A stretch of 18,032 nucleotides of DNA from Chlamydiia bacterium. Its GTDB lineage: Bacteria; Chlamydiota; Chlamydiia; Chlamydiales; JBMOFD01. Below are positions 1 through 10,604 of the stretch, in pieces; position 1 is the first letter of the stretch, and each line of letters starts with the position of its first letter. Below the pieces are notes generated by a model that did not search any database, had not been told where the DNA came from, and saw only the letters and a program-made list of their open reading frames with translations. The stretch spans positions 1 through 18,032 of the forward strand of contig JBMOFD010000036.1 in the NCBI GenBank assembly GCA_049314435.1, in the 5' to 3' direction. A program made the translations under genes and the position numbers.

Positions 1-163
1 CCCGCACCTATATTTGCCTAGATTTTCGTAGATTTTAGCCGACAGTTACTAGCCCTCTCAGCAGGACAGTAGGATTCCTCCCTCTATCACCATTGAGTGG
101 GGATTCCGTTCAACGGCCAAGTCTAAGAGCATCTCTAGTGGCAACAATTTTGAAGGTGTACCC

Positions 164-739
164 ATGCGCAAAGTCATCCACCAGCTCATCGAATCGATTC
201 AGCCATTCGACTCGTTGGAGGCGGAGCATCTTTCCGGGACCATGGACTGGATACAGAGCGGTGCAGGACTGTTCCGTATCGAGAAGCCTGCGACACCGCC
301 AAAACATCTCGTTGCCTAAACGGTTCTTGTGGATCTGGCTAGGGAGAAGATTCTCCTCGTGTCGCACATCAAAGCTGGGCTATGGCTACCTTCCGGAGGT
401 CATGTAGAACAAGATGAGCATCCCAAGCTAACCGCTGAGAGGGAACTGGCAGAGGAGCTGAACCTCTTGCCCGAGTTTCTGAGTGAGGCACCTCTATTTT
501 TGACACAGACGGTGACCGTCGGTCAAACCGCCGCCCACACAGATGTAAGCCTTTGGTATGTGCTGAAGGGAGATTCAAGAGAGGAGCTGGTGTACGACCA
601 GACCGAGTTCAATGGGTATCGATGGTTTGGCTACGATGAGATTCTACAGGGAGACCCGTCGGACTTCGATCCGCATATGAACAGATTCATCCGAAAGCTA
701 TTGGAAAGCGAGCTGCTCAAGGTGAGCTGCCTAAGCTAG
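164..739 (+). pseudogene. NUDIX hydrolase interrupted by an in-frame TAA (317-319); pseudogene or sequence error
   Basis: ATG at 164 opens MRKVIHQLIESIQPFDSLEAEH...FRIEKPATPPKHLVA*TVLVDLAREKILLVSHIKAGLWLPSGGHVE, in the same frame as ORF 329-739. Nudix box GGHVEQDEHPKLTAERELAEEL is present. The stop lies where this family usually has Tyr (HLVxY). Confidence 0.85.
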
Positions 740-765
740 GATCTTGAACGAGGAAGGGAAAAGGT

Positions 766-790
766 CCGGCGCTCAGCCCCTGAGCGCCGG
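766..790 (-). terminator. Intrinsic terminator for the minus-strand gene 799-1143 (possibly bidirectional)
   Basis: Perfect 11-bp stem CCGGCGCTCAG/CTGAGCGCCGG with a 3-nt loop, followed on the minus strand by ACCTTTTCCC. It lies between convergent genes. Confidence 0.75.
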
Positions 791-798
791 GAGATCAC

Positions 799-1143
799 TT
801 AGTTGCTTTTCAGAGCCTGATGGGCGAACTGAAGAGCATCGTTGCTCACTCGTGTGATCACACCAGGTGTGCTACGAGCGCCGAGAACGTGGAGCGTCTT
901 ATGGTCCATGTCCACTCCAACCACTTGGAAGGCAATAGGATTGCCAGCTGTGTCGGAAGAATAGAGCGATAGCCCTTTGTTGTTTTGTACGAATTGGCCT
1001 GTGCGTACTACGCCGCTTTTCAGAGCCATGAGGGCTTCAACTTCATGAGAGACTGAGCTCATGACGTTGGTGCCAACAAATGTTTGTGCGAATGCGCTGC
1101 CCATCACGAGCATGGCGAGAGCACCCTTAACTAGACGAGACAT
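799..1143 (-). CDS. Small secreted hypothetical protein (114 aa)
   Basis: GGAGG RBS upstream of the ATG, a Sec-like signal peptide MSRLVKGALAMLVMGSAFA (AFA cleavage site) and a downstream terminator. No family recognised. Confidence 0.75.
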   Translation of the reverse strand: MSRLVKGALAMLVMGSAFAQTFVGTNVMSSVSHEVEALMALKSGVVRTGQFVQNNKGLSLYSSDTAGNPIAFQVVGVDMDHKTLHVLGARSTPGVITRVSNDALQFAHQALKSN

Positions 1144-1424
1144 TGTTCCTCCAGAGTCCTGTCAATACATAGGTCACCGCGCGAACAGCCGCCTCTTAGC
1201 CATCCACACGCACTGACCGTAGTATTAAAATAAAATGTTTTCTTTAAAGTAAGCAACCCATTGAGTGCTCATAATGTAAGCAGTTGGTTGTAAACGTTGA
1301 ACAAAGGGGTCTTGAAAGAGAAAAAGCTGCTGATGCTATGTTTCGCGGCCCTTGGCCGGATGGAATAATCCTAAGTGACTGAGCCATAGCCATCTAGAGG
1401 ATCGCAGAGGTCTGTTGGAAAGAG

Positions 1425-1450
1425 AAGAGCCCATCCGAGGATGAGCTCTT
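1425..1450 (-). terminator. Intrinsic terminator downstream of the lipoprotein gene
   Basis: Minus-strand stem AAGAGCTCATCC/GGATGGGCTCTT (one G-U pair), followed by CTCTTT, about 40 nt past the stop at 1492. Confidence 0.65.
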
Positions 1451-1491
1451 GTACGTTAGAACAGCCTGGCAGTGCAGGTTGTGGACTACGG

Positions 1492-2169
1492 CTAGGAGCC
1501 GGAACCGCCGCCGACCACCTGGCTCTTGGCAGACTGGACCTGTGCATTGAAGTCCATGACTGCGGGTGAGCTCGTGCTAGGAGGTGGGGTTGGATGGTTG
1601 GACTGTGACATCACGGCACTTTTGTTCGCAGCAGCTTCAACACTGATCATGTTCAGTGCATCAGACACTTGGGTGTCCATAGCAGCAGCAGTGGGTCCAG
1701 CAGCTGGAGGAGCTGGCTGAGCAGGGGCAGGTGCCGTCGTAGGAGGAGGGGATGTCACTACCGGTCCGCTGGAGGTGCCAGGGGTGATCACGACGGGTCC
1801 ACTGGGAGGAGGCGTGACGACTGCGGTGCCTGGTGTTACTGTGACCTCTGGCGTGATGAGGACCGGTGTAGCGCTGTGCATGGGAGCAGGTGCTGTCGTG
1901 CCCATCGGTTCACTCATTCCAGCAGTCCCAGCTGGTGCCATGCCTGCCGGTGGCGCCATGTTCATAGGCTGTGCCGGAGGAGTGGTCATGAAGTTGGTCT
2001 GATTCATGGAAGGAGCCGGAGCTGGTTCCACAGGGGTGATGTCGATCGGGAAGCTGATCGCATTGGGCGCCGCATCGGTCGAGTGTGCGGTCGCAGAGCC
2101 GGGCTTGTGCTGCTGATTTCCTGAGCAGGCAACAAGAGCCAGAGTAGCAAGGAAGAGATAAGGCTTCAT
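1492..2169 (-). CDS. Pro/Thr/Ala-rich low-complexity lipoprotein (225 aa)
   Basis: Likely start is ATG 2169 (AGGGA upstream). MKPYLFLATLALVAC is a classic lipoprotein signal with lipobox LVAC. The mature part is dominated by P/A/T/S/M/G. The longer ORF to 2769 overlaps the divergent gene and is rejected. Confidence 0.8.
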   Translation of the reverse strand: MKPYLFLATLALVACSGNQQHKPGSATAHSTDAAPNAISFPIDITPVEPAPAPSMNQTNFMTTPPAQPMNMAPPAGMAPAGTAGMSEPMGTTAPAPMHSATPVLITPEVTVTPGTAVVTPPPSGPVVITPGTSSGPVVTSPPPTTAPAPAQPAPPAAGPTAAAMDTQVSDALNMISVEAAANKSAVMSQSNHPTPPPSTSSPAVMDFNAQVQSAKSQVVGGGSGS

Positions 2170-2337
2170 GGTGGTTGAGTCCCTAAAATGGTGAAGATTT
2201 AACCGACTGTAATTGATGCCATAGTGCACAATAGGCCGCCAACGTTCCACAGAAATGATCGAATTCAGCCAACAGAGGATGCTCTGTCGATGGCTTTGCT
2301 TCGTCAGGAACCAAGCTGTCATGCAAGGAGAGCGGTC

Positions 2338-3387
2338 ATGTTCCAGATAGGGCGCCCCGAACCGTGCCGACCGATTTCTAGACTCCCAGGAGTCCAAGCT
2401 GTGATCCCACGGTCCCGATGGACTGTCCAACTCTTCCCTACTCTCCTTCGACTGACAGGCCCTCATGGTGAAGAGGTCATGCACCCCCTTCCGATTCGAG
2501 GAGCTGTTCATGAATGGACAGCTCAACTGGACCTCGAGTGTGGAGAGGTGCGCGTCTGGGGACGAGCACAGGACTACTTCCTCTTCCGCATCAACCGGCT
2601 TCCTGAAGGGATCACGCTGATCGGCGAGCGCGCCTATGCCTCCCAACATCTGCTCGTGCCCGATGAGGCATGCGGGACTCTCGCCGTCGGATCGCCGAGC
2701 GGTCCGGCTGTGGAACAGCCTCAGTCTGAGGAGAAAGAGAGACTCCAGTTTGGTGCGCACGCCATCCATGATGTCGATCGCCTCCGAGTCAACCCCGTTC
2801 TGGCGCAGCTCCTCCCAGCCTGGTTCCTACTAGGGGAGGGTTGGACGGTAGGGGACTCCCTGACTGAGGAGTCATCGCTTCTCGGGCAGTGGACTCGTCA
2901 GGTGGCAGAGGCGAACTCAGACGGCTTATCGGAACTCCTCACCGAATTATGGAGGAGCGGTTTCTCTGGACTGTGGCATCCCCATGCGCGCGATACGCAG
3001 TTCTGGGGAAATGCCCTGCCTCCGACTCAAGGAAACCCATGGGCGCTCCTAGCAGCAGGTAGGCACCTCCTTAGACAGATGGCTATGCAGTGGGAAGGAG
3101 ACAAGCTCACCCTCCTGCCCTGTATGCCAGCTATACTGCCAGCAGGCAGATTGCTCCATTCCATGGGTCCCTCTGTCCTCTGTTCCCTAGAGTGGACGAA
3201 ACGCACGCCACGCCGCCTCTGGGTCCAGGCGAAGGAAAGCTGCTCTCTCCAGATCACATGGAAGGGTGAGCCTCAGGCTCGCCTCCAGCGACTCCAAAAT
3301 CGGAAACGCGAGCCCTTCCAGCAGGGTACAACCCTCCAACTCGTTAAGGGAGAAGAGCTCCTTATCGATCGATTCAGTAAGGCCTAA
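2338..3387 (+). CDS. Conserved chlamydial hypothetical protein (CT865-like), C-terminus reminiscent of the GH95/GH65 C-terminal domain
   Basis: AAGGAG RBS at 2325-2330 before ATG 2338. The N-terminus (RPISRLPG...VQLFPTLLRL) resembles, from recall, the protein encoded beside glgB in chlamydiae. It also contains LTLLPCMPAILPAGRL...SLEWTK. Confidence 0.65.
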   Translation: MFQIGRPEPCRPISRLPGVQAVIPRSRWTVQLFPTLLRLTGPHGEEVMHPLPIRGAVHEWTAQLDLECGEVRVWGRAQDYFLFRINRLPEGITLIGERAYASQHLLVPDEACGTLAVGSPSGPAVEQPQSEEKERLQFGAHAIHDVDRLRVNPVLAQLLPAWFLLGEGWTVGDSLTEESSLLGQWTRQVAEANSDGLSELLTELWRSGFSGLWHPHARDTQFWGNALPPTQGNPWALLAAGRHLLRQMAMQWEGDKLTLLPCMPAILPAGRLLHSMGPSVLCSLEWTKRTPRRLWVQAKESCSLQITWKGEPQARLQRLQNRKREPFQQGTTLQLVKGEELLIDRFSKA

Positions 3388-3454
3388 GATCTGTCCAGTC
3401 ATACTGGATGAAAAATAAAAATTTTAATAGAATTTGACTGAGAGAGGGGAAGAC

Positions 3455-3922
3455 ATGTCTCAGTCATTTTTGCAGATAGGCCTTCGCGCACTGACGTTCA
3501 CGGCGTCCATGAGCGCTTTAGTTACAGTTCTTTGGATTGCACATCTACAGGCGGCAGACGTACCTGCTCCGCAAGCCAAGGTGGCCAAGAGAGGCCCGGT
3601 CAGTCTCACTGTATATACGATGCAGGGATGCGGGCATTGCACGACGTTCAAGACAGAGCTTGCTGAATTCGCTGCTGGGAACCCAGATGTGTTGATCGAA
3701 GTGGTGGAGATCCATCCAGGGTCGAATACGCCCAAGCACCGCAACAATGCCCAGAGGGCTCAGTTGGCTGGCGTGCAGGGATTCCCAACGACGCATGTCA
3801 TGATGAAGGGGCAGAAGAAGGCGACTCTCGTAGGCATGAGAAGGGCAAGCGATCTCTCCCAAGTTGTGGATGGTCTGAAGCAGGGGAACAGCAGCTCAGA
3901 ACTGCCCGGTGCGGTCCTATAA
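3455..3922 (+). CDS. Exported or membrane-anchored thioredoxin/glutaredoxin-fold protein
   Basis: GAGGGG RBS, N-terminal hydrophobic segment, CXXC motif (GCGHC) after a beta strand (LTVYT), and a cis-Pro loop GVQGFPT. Confidence 0.85.
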   Translation: MSQSFLQIGLRALTFTASMSALVTVLWIAHLQAADVPAPQAKVAKRGPVSLTVYTMQGCGHCTTFKTELAEFAAGNPDVLIEVVEIHPGSNTPKHRNNAQRAQLAGVQGFPTTHVMMKGQKKATLVGMRRASDLSQVVDGLKQGNSSSELPGAVL

Positions 3923-4105
3923 GGAATGTCAGGGCGGCTCTTCTTCTCCCAAGGCGTGGGGACTCTTGCGCCTTGAGAGACCCTTGTTTTGAGTTTGCCT
4001 TGAAAGAGAAGCCACTCCATACAGGGTGGTCTGGAGCAGCCGATCACGATGCCAACTCCTCAACCTAAGAGACGGCCTCTCGCGGATGTTCCTGCAGGGA
4101 TCCCC

Positions 4106-6220
4106 ATGACCACCACCTTAGCGCCGCCCCCATGTCAGGCTCTCCAGAAGGATCCCCACGCCCGGCTAGGAGTGCACGACGGCTATCTGAAGGTATGGCG
4201 CCCTGGGGCTAAAGAAATCTGGGCTGAGGTGAGAGGGAAGATCGTACCGATCCCCCAACTGGACGAGGCTGGGCTCTTCTCTCTCTATGTGGGTGAAATC
4301 ACCCCGCTCGACTACCGCGTCTACCACCATTCTGGTGTGCTGACCGAAGATCCCTATGCCTTCTGGCCGACCTTCAGTGAAGTTGATCGCCACCTCTTCA
4401 ACAAGGGCGTCCACTATCAGCTGGGAGATCGCATGGGTGCTCGCATGCGCGAGCACCAGGGCGTGTGGGGTGTTGCCTTTTCGGTGTGGGCTCCTGAGGC
4501 ACAGAGCGTCCATCTGGTGGGGGACTTCAACCACTGGGATCCGGAGGTCAACCCCATGCGCGTGCTGGGGAACTCAGGGGTGTGGGAGCTCTTTCTGCCC
4601 GGTGATTGGGAGGGGATGCACTACAAGTATTGCGTCACCCAGTCCGATGGAAAGAAGGTCCTCAAAAGCGATCCCTATGCTCTTGGAGCTGAACTCAGAC
4701 CTCACACAGCCAGCGTCGTGCGTCGGATCGATCGCTTCCACTGGACCGATGAGACCTGGATGAAGAACAGGACCCGCTCTGGTCCGCTCATCATCTATGA
4801 GGTGCACCTTGGTTCCTGGAGGAGAGGCCCCGAGGGGTTCTTGAACTACCGAGAGCTGGCTGTGTCTCTTGCTGAATACTGCCAGCAGATGGGCTACACC
4901 CATGTGGAGTTGATGCCGATCGCCGAGCATCCTCTGGATGAGTCGTGGGGCTATCAGGTGACCGGATACTATGCTGCTACTAGACGGCATGGTACCCCAG
5001 AAGACTTTCAGTGGTTTGTGAACCACCTTCACAATGCCGGCATTGGCGTCATCATCGACTGGGTCCCTGGACATTTCCCGGCGGATATTCATGGGCTGGG
5101 GCAGTTCGATGGGAGCTGCCTCTACGAGCACGCCGATCCTCGACAGGCATGGCATCCTCACTGGCATACGCTCTGCTTCAACTATGCACGGCCTGAGGTC
5201 AGCAATTTTCTGATTGCCAACGCGCTCTACTGGCTCGAGGCGATGCACGTCGATGGCTTGCGCGTCGATGCGGTGGCCTCGATGCTCTACCTGGACTATG
5301 GCCGAGAGCCAGGTCAGTGGGTCCCCAATGAGTATGGGGGCAAGGAGAACCTGGCAGCCATTGAGTTCATGAAGCACTGCAACCACGTCGTTCGGCAACG
5401 CATTCCCCAGGCGATGATGATTGCCGAGGAATCGACCTCATGGACGGGTGTCACGGCCGACGTGGAGCATAACGGATTAGGGTTCACTCATAAGTGGAAT
5501 ATGGGGTGGATGAACGACACCCTACGCTACTTTGCACGAGATCCTATCCATCGTGCACATCATCAGAATGACATGACCTTTGGGATGCTCTACGCCTTCA
5601 CTGAGCGGTTCTGCCTGGTCTTAAGTCATGACGAGGTGGTCCACGGCAAAGGCGCCTTGATGAACAAGATGCCGGGTGATCTTTGGCAGCGCGCAGCCAA
5701 CGTCCGGCTTCTATTGAGCTACCAAGCGTGCCACCCAGGTAAGAAGCTGCTCTTCATGGGAGCGGAGCTGGGGCAGTGGGACGAGTGGAATCCCAAGCAG
5801 GAGATCCACTGGTTCCTGTTGCACTATCCCATTCACCAGGGGATCCATCGATGCGCAGCTGCTCTCAACAGACTGATCCGAGACCACACGGCTCTATGGG
5901 CGTGGGATGAGGACTGGCGTGGCTTCCAGTGGGTTGACTTTAGCGATGCGCAGAACACCGTCGTCTCCTACTTACGCCGCAGCGAGGACGAGGAATTGTT
6001 GGTCGTGCATCATTTCTCTCCACAGTGCCTTGAGGACTACATTATACGTATCCAGCACGGTCAGGAGATCGAAGAGATCTTCAATACTGACGCAGAGGCC
6101 TTTGGAGGCTCAGGCGTTGTCAATCACAATCCCCAGATCCTCCGTGACGAACGTGGCTGGACGTGGGGTGTCCGTATCAGACTCGCTCCATTGGCCACGA
6201 TGGTCTTTCGGCTGCGCTAG
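4106..6220 (+). CDS. glgB: 1,4-alpha-glucan branching enzyme (GH13)
   Basis: Motifs FSVWAP, IYEVHLGSW, SWGYQ, DWVPGHF, DGLRVDAVASMLY (nucleophile), IAEES (acid/base), KWNMGWMND and LSHDEVVHGK. Start is ATG 4106 (CAGGGA upstream) or 4049. Confidence 0.97.
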   Translation: MTTTLAPPPCQALQKDPHARLGVHDGYLKVWRPGAKEIWAEVRGKIVPIPQLDEAGLFSLYVGEITPLDYRVYHHSGVLTEDPYAFWPTFSEVDRHLFNKGVHYQLGDRMGARMREHQGVWGVAFSVWAPEAQSVHLVGDFNHWDPEVNPMRVLGNSGVWELFLPGDWEGMHYKYCVTQSDGKKVLKSDPYALGAELRPHTASVVRRIDRFHWTDETWMKNRTRSGPLIIYEVHLGSWRRGPEGFLNYRELAVSLAEYCQQMGYTHVELMPIAEHPLDESWGYQVTGYYAATRRHGTPEDFQWFVNHLHNAGIGVIIDWVPGHFPADIHGLGQFDGSCLYEHADPRQAWHPHWHTLCFNYARPEVSNFLIANALYWLEAMHVDGLRVDAVASMLYLDYGREPGQWVPNEYGGKENLAAIEFMKHCNHVVRQRIPQAMMIAEESTSWTGVTADVEHNGLGFTHKWNMGWMNDTLRYFARDPIHRAHHQNDMTFGMLYAFTERFCLVLSHDEVVHGKGALMNKMPGDLWQRAANVRLLLSYQACHPGKKLLFMGAELGQWDEWNPKQEIHWFLLHYPIHQGIHRCAAALNRLIRDHTALWAWDEDWRGFQWVDFSDAQNTVVSYLRRSEDEELLVVHHFSPQCLEDYIIRIQHGQEIEEIFNTDAEAFGGSGVVNHNPQILRDERGWTWGVRIRLAPLATMVFRLR

Positions 6221-6312
6221 CCGCGGGGTGCGATCAAAAGTCGTGCAAGCGACGAGGCTGGTTGAGCAGGTCCCATGGATGGTCTCAGAGGAGCTCTGTG
6301 AGTACGACTTTT

Positions 6313-8633
<2,321 letters not shown>

Positions 8634-8755
8634 GCGTGATTTTTTTGTTACGGCGAGTTCGGTCTTGAGGCAGAATGGCCGCGTCCAAGGCGAGAGTCGG
8701 TCGGTTCCTAGCCATTCCTAAAGGGATCGACCGCTCCGCCGTAGAGAGGTTTTTG

Positions 8756-9217
8756 ATGCCCGATTCGACCATCCTTCACTGGACCTTCTATGTGGTGAAG
8801 ACCCTGCACGTAGGAGCTGCGTTCGCCTGGATCGGCGGCCTTCTTCTCTGGCTCTGGCAGGCGGCCGGTCGAGAGAAGCCCACGGAGGCTGAGGCCTTAC
8901 GCAGCGCGCGATGGGTGATCACCACGATGGCGATCACCCTCGTCACTGGGCTATGGCTCCTCGGTGCCAAGTACACTCTCATCGACTTCCGCCAGGCGCA
9001 CTGGATGCATGCCAAATATACCTTTGTCTTCTTGCTCATCCTACTGACGGGCCGTGTCACCTGTTGCCGTGCGGTATCCCAGAGAGCGGCATTCTGGCGC
9101 TGGACGGCGGCGGTTGCTATCTCGATGATGGTCTTGGGTAGTATCTATGTCCTCAAGCCGCTCCTGCCTCAGAAAAAGCAGATACAAGCCTCAGCTATCC
9201 CCAGTGCGGCGCAGTAG
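8756..9217 (+). CDS. HemJ/CopD-like four-TM membrane protein (divergent)
   Basis: VKTLHVGAAFAWIGGL, WMHAKYTFVFLL and the C-terminal VLKP match HemJ-family motifs. The usual LPRLFVYH and NExP motifs are not seen. GAGAGG RBS precedes ATG 8756. Confidence 0.6.
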   Translation: MPDSTILHWTFYVVKTLHVGAAFAWIGGLLLWLWQAAGREKPTEAEALRSARWVITTMAITLVTGLWLLGAKYTLIDFRQAHWMHAKYTFVFLLILLTGRVTCCRAVSQRAAFWRWTAAVAISMMVLGSIYVLKPLLPQKKQIQASAIPSAAQ

Positions 9218-9383
9218 CAAGTCTATTCTGGATGATAGGCCTCTTCCTAAGCGAGAGAGCCATGATATCCAAAAAACACATCCTGATCCGAATGTGTTAA
9301 TAAAAATATATTGTCATACTGCGTAATAGTTTTGTTCGTTATACTATCCCTGTCGTTAATTACGCAGCCGGTGGAGATCTGTC

Positions 9384-10013
9384 ATGATTCCGTCACTGAA
9401 TATCTCTTCGGTCCAGAGAGGGGTCGACGCCGGCTCTTCTGAGCAGAGCTCGGGTCCTCACCTGGTTCATGGGTTCGGTTTCGAGCGATGCCTTCCGCCA
9501 GACGTTCAGTTTGCCTTGTCTGTGACCTACACATGCTTGAGTCAGTGCCCACCTGTTCATGCCCCTTACGAATCGATCAACGTCTATAGAGGTTGGCGAG
9601 ACCGGCAGCCAAAGGCCATTGCTGACGACCTCAATAGGATATGCGATAAATTAATTAATATCGGAGCGCAGGAGTCCTCACGGCTGGGTCTTTTGCGCAT
9701 CATGATTGAGAATCTGGCTCGCTGCGTCAATTGTAGAGAGGGGCTTGGGAAGCCAGCCATCAGCAGGACGGCCGAGGCGCTCACAGGACTGCATGATGCC
9801 TGTTTATGGGCAGATCTAGTGAGCGCTCTGGATCCCGAGCTCAACAGCCATAGCACAAGAGAGCTGCTGGTGGCGACCTGTGGTGAGGGATCGGAGGACT
9901 TCGAGGGGCTTGCCCAGCGGATAGCGCCTCGGATCATGATGCATGCCGTGCGAGCCTGGGTCTTGGACAGAGACCTGAAGGAACGATTGAATTGGTGCCC
10001 TCCGTCGCAGTAG
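9384..10013 (+). CDS. Hypothetical protein (209 aa)
   Basis: GGAG RBS and an AT-rich upstream region at about 9270-9360. The ORF fills the intergenic space. No family recognised. Confidence 0.6.
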   Translation: MIPSLNISSVQRGVDAGSSEQSSGPHLVHGFGFERCLPPDVQFALSVTYTCLSQCPPVHAPYESINVYRGWRDRQPKAIADDLNRICDKLINIGAQESSRLGLLRIMIENLARCVNCREGLGKPAISRTAEALTGLHDACLWADLVSALDPELNSHSTRELLVATCGEGSEDFEGLAQRIAPRIMMHAVRAWVLDRDLKERLNWCPPSQ

Positions 10014-10084
10014 TGAGGGACCTAAGTTGGCCTCCTTCGGCGAATCCAGCAGACCGATCCTGAGAGGCGGTTTGACAATCTAGA

Positions 10085-10113
10085 TTGCGGGAATCCAGCC
10101 CGCGGGTTATGCT
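10085..10113 (+). promoter_or_regulatory. Sigma70/sigma66-type promoter of rplM-rpsI
   Basis: TTGCGG-N17-TATGCT located 38 nt upstream of the rplM ATG. Confidence 0.5.
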
Positions 10114-10151
10114 ACCTCTCACAAAACTTGACGACCGCTCAGGCATTTCAG

Positions 10152-10595
10152 ATGGCGCAAAGGACAAAAACGGCTCTGCTCACCAGTGAGCAAGCTATAG
10201 CCCGACGACAGTGGTTTCTGTTCGACGCATCGGGTAAAACACTGGGTCGTTTCGCGGCCGAGATCACGAAGGTATTGCGAGGAAAGCATCGCCCCGACTT
10301 CACGCCTCATATTGATGGCGGTGATGGGGTGATCATCATCAACGCAGACAAGATTCACGTGACCGGCACGAAAGAAGCGAATAAATTTTACTTCCACTAC
10401 TCCGGGTATGTAGGTGGTGCTTCACGCACTGCACTACGCACCATTCGAGAGCGGAAGCCCACTTACATTTTGGAGCATGCAGTTCGCGGCATGATGCCAA
10501 AATCGCGTTTGGGTAAGCAGCAGTTACGACGTCTCCGCATTTATGCTGGGGATGTACACGACCTGCAGGCTCAACAACCCATCGCTGTCAACTAA
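10152..10595 (+). CDS. rplM: 50S ribosomal protein L13
   Basis: WFLFDASGKTLGR, LRGKHRPDFTPHIDGGDGVIIINA, HSGYVGG, AVRGMMPK. Followed by rpsI. Confidence 0.98.
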   Translation: MAQRTKTALLTSEQAIARRQWFLFDASGKTLGRFAAEITKVLRGKHRPDFTPHIDGGDGVIIINADKIHVTGTKEANKFYFHYSGYVGGASRTALRTIRERKPTYILEHAVRGMMPKSRLGKQQLRRLRIYAGDVHDLQAQQPIAVN

Positions 10596-10604
10596 CGAGG
10601 ATTC

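Noticed and set aside
2170..2769. N-terminal extension of the 425-aa minus-strand ORF
   Set aside because: It overlaps the divergent conserved gene, and a clear lipoprotein signal begins at ATG 2169.
4574..5398. 274-aa antisense ORF and other ORFs nested in glgB, ligA, rpsI, the M32 gene and the propeller gene
   Set aside because: These are shadow ORFs typical of GC-rich coding DNA, with no recognisable motifs.
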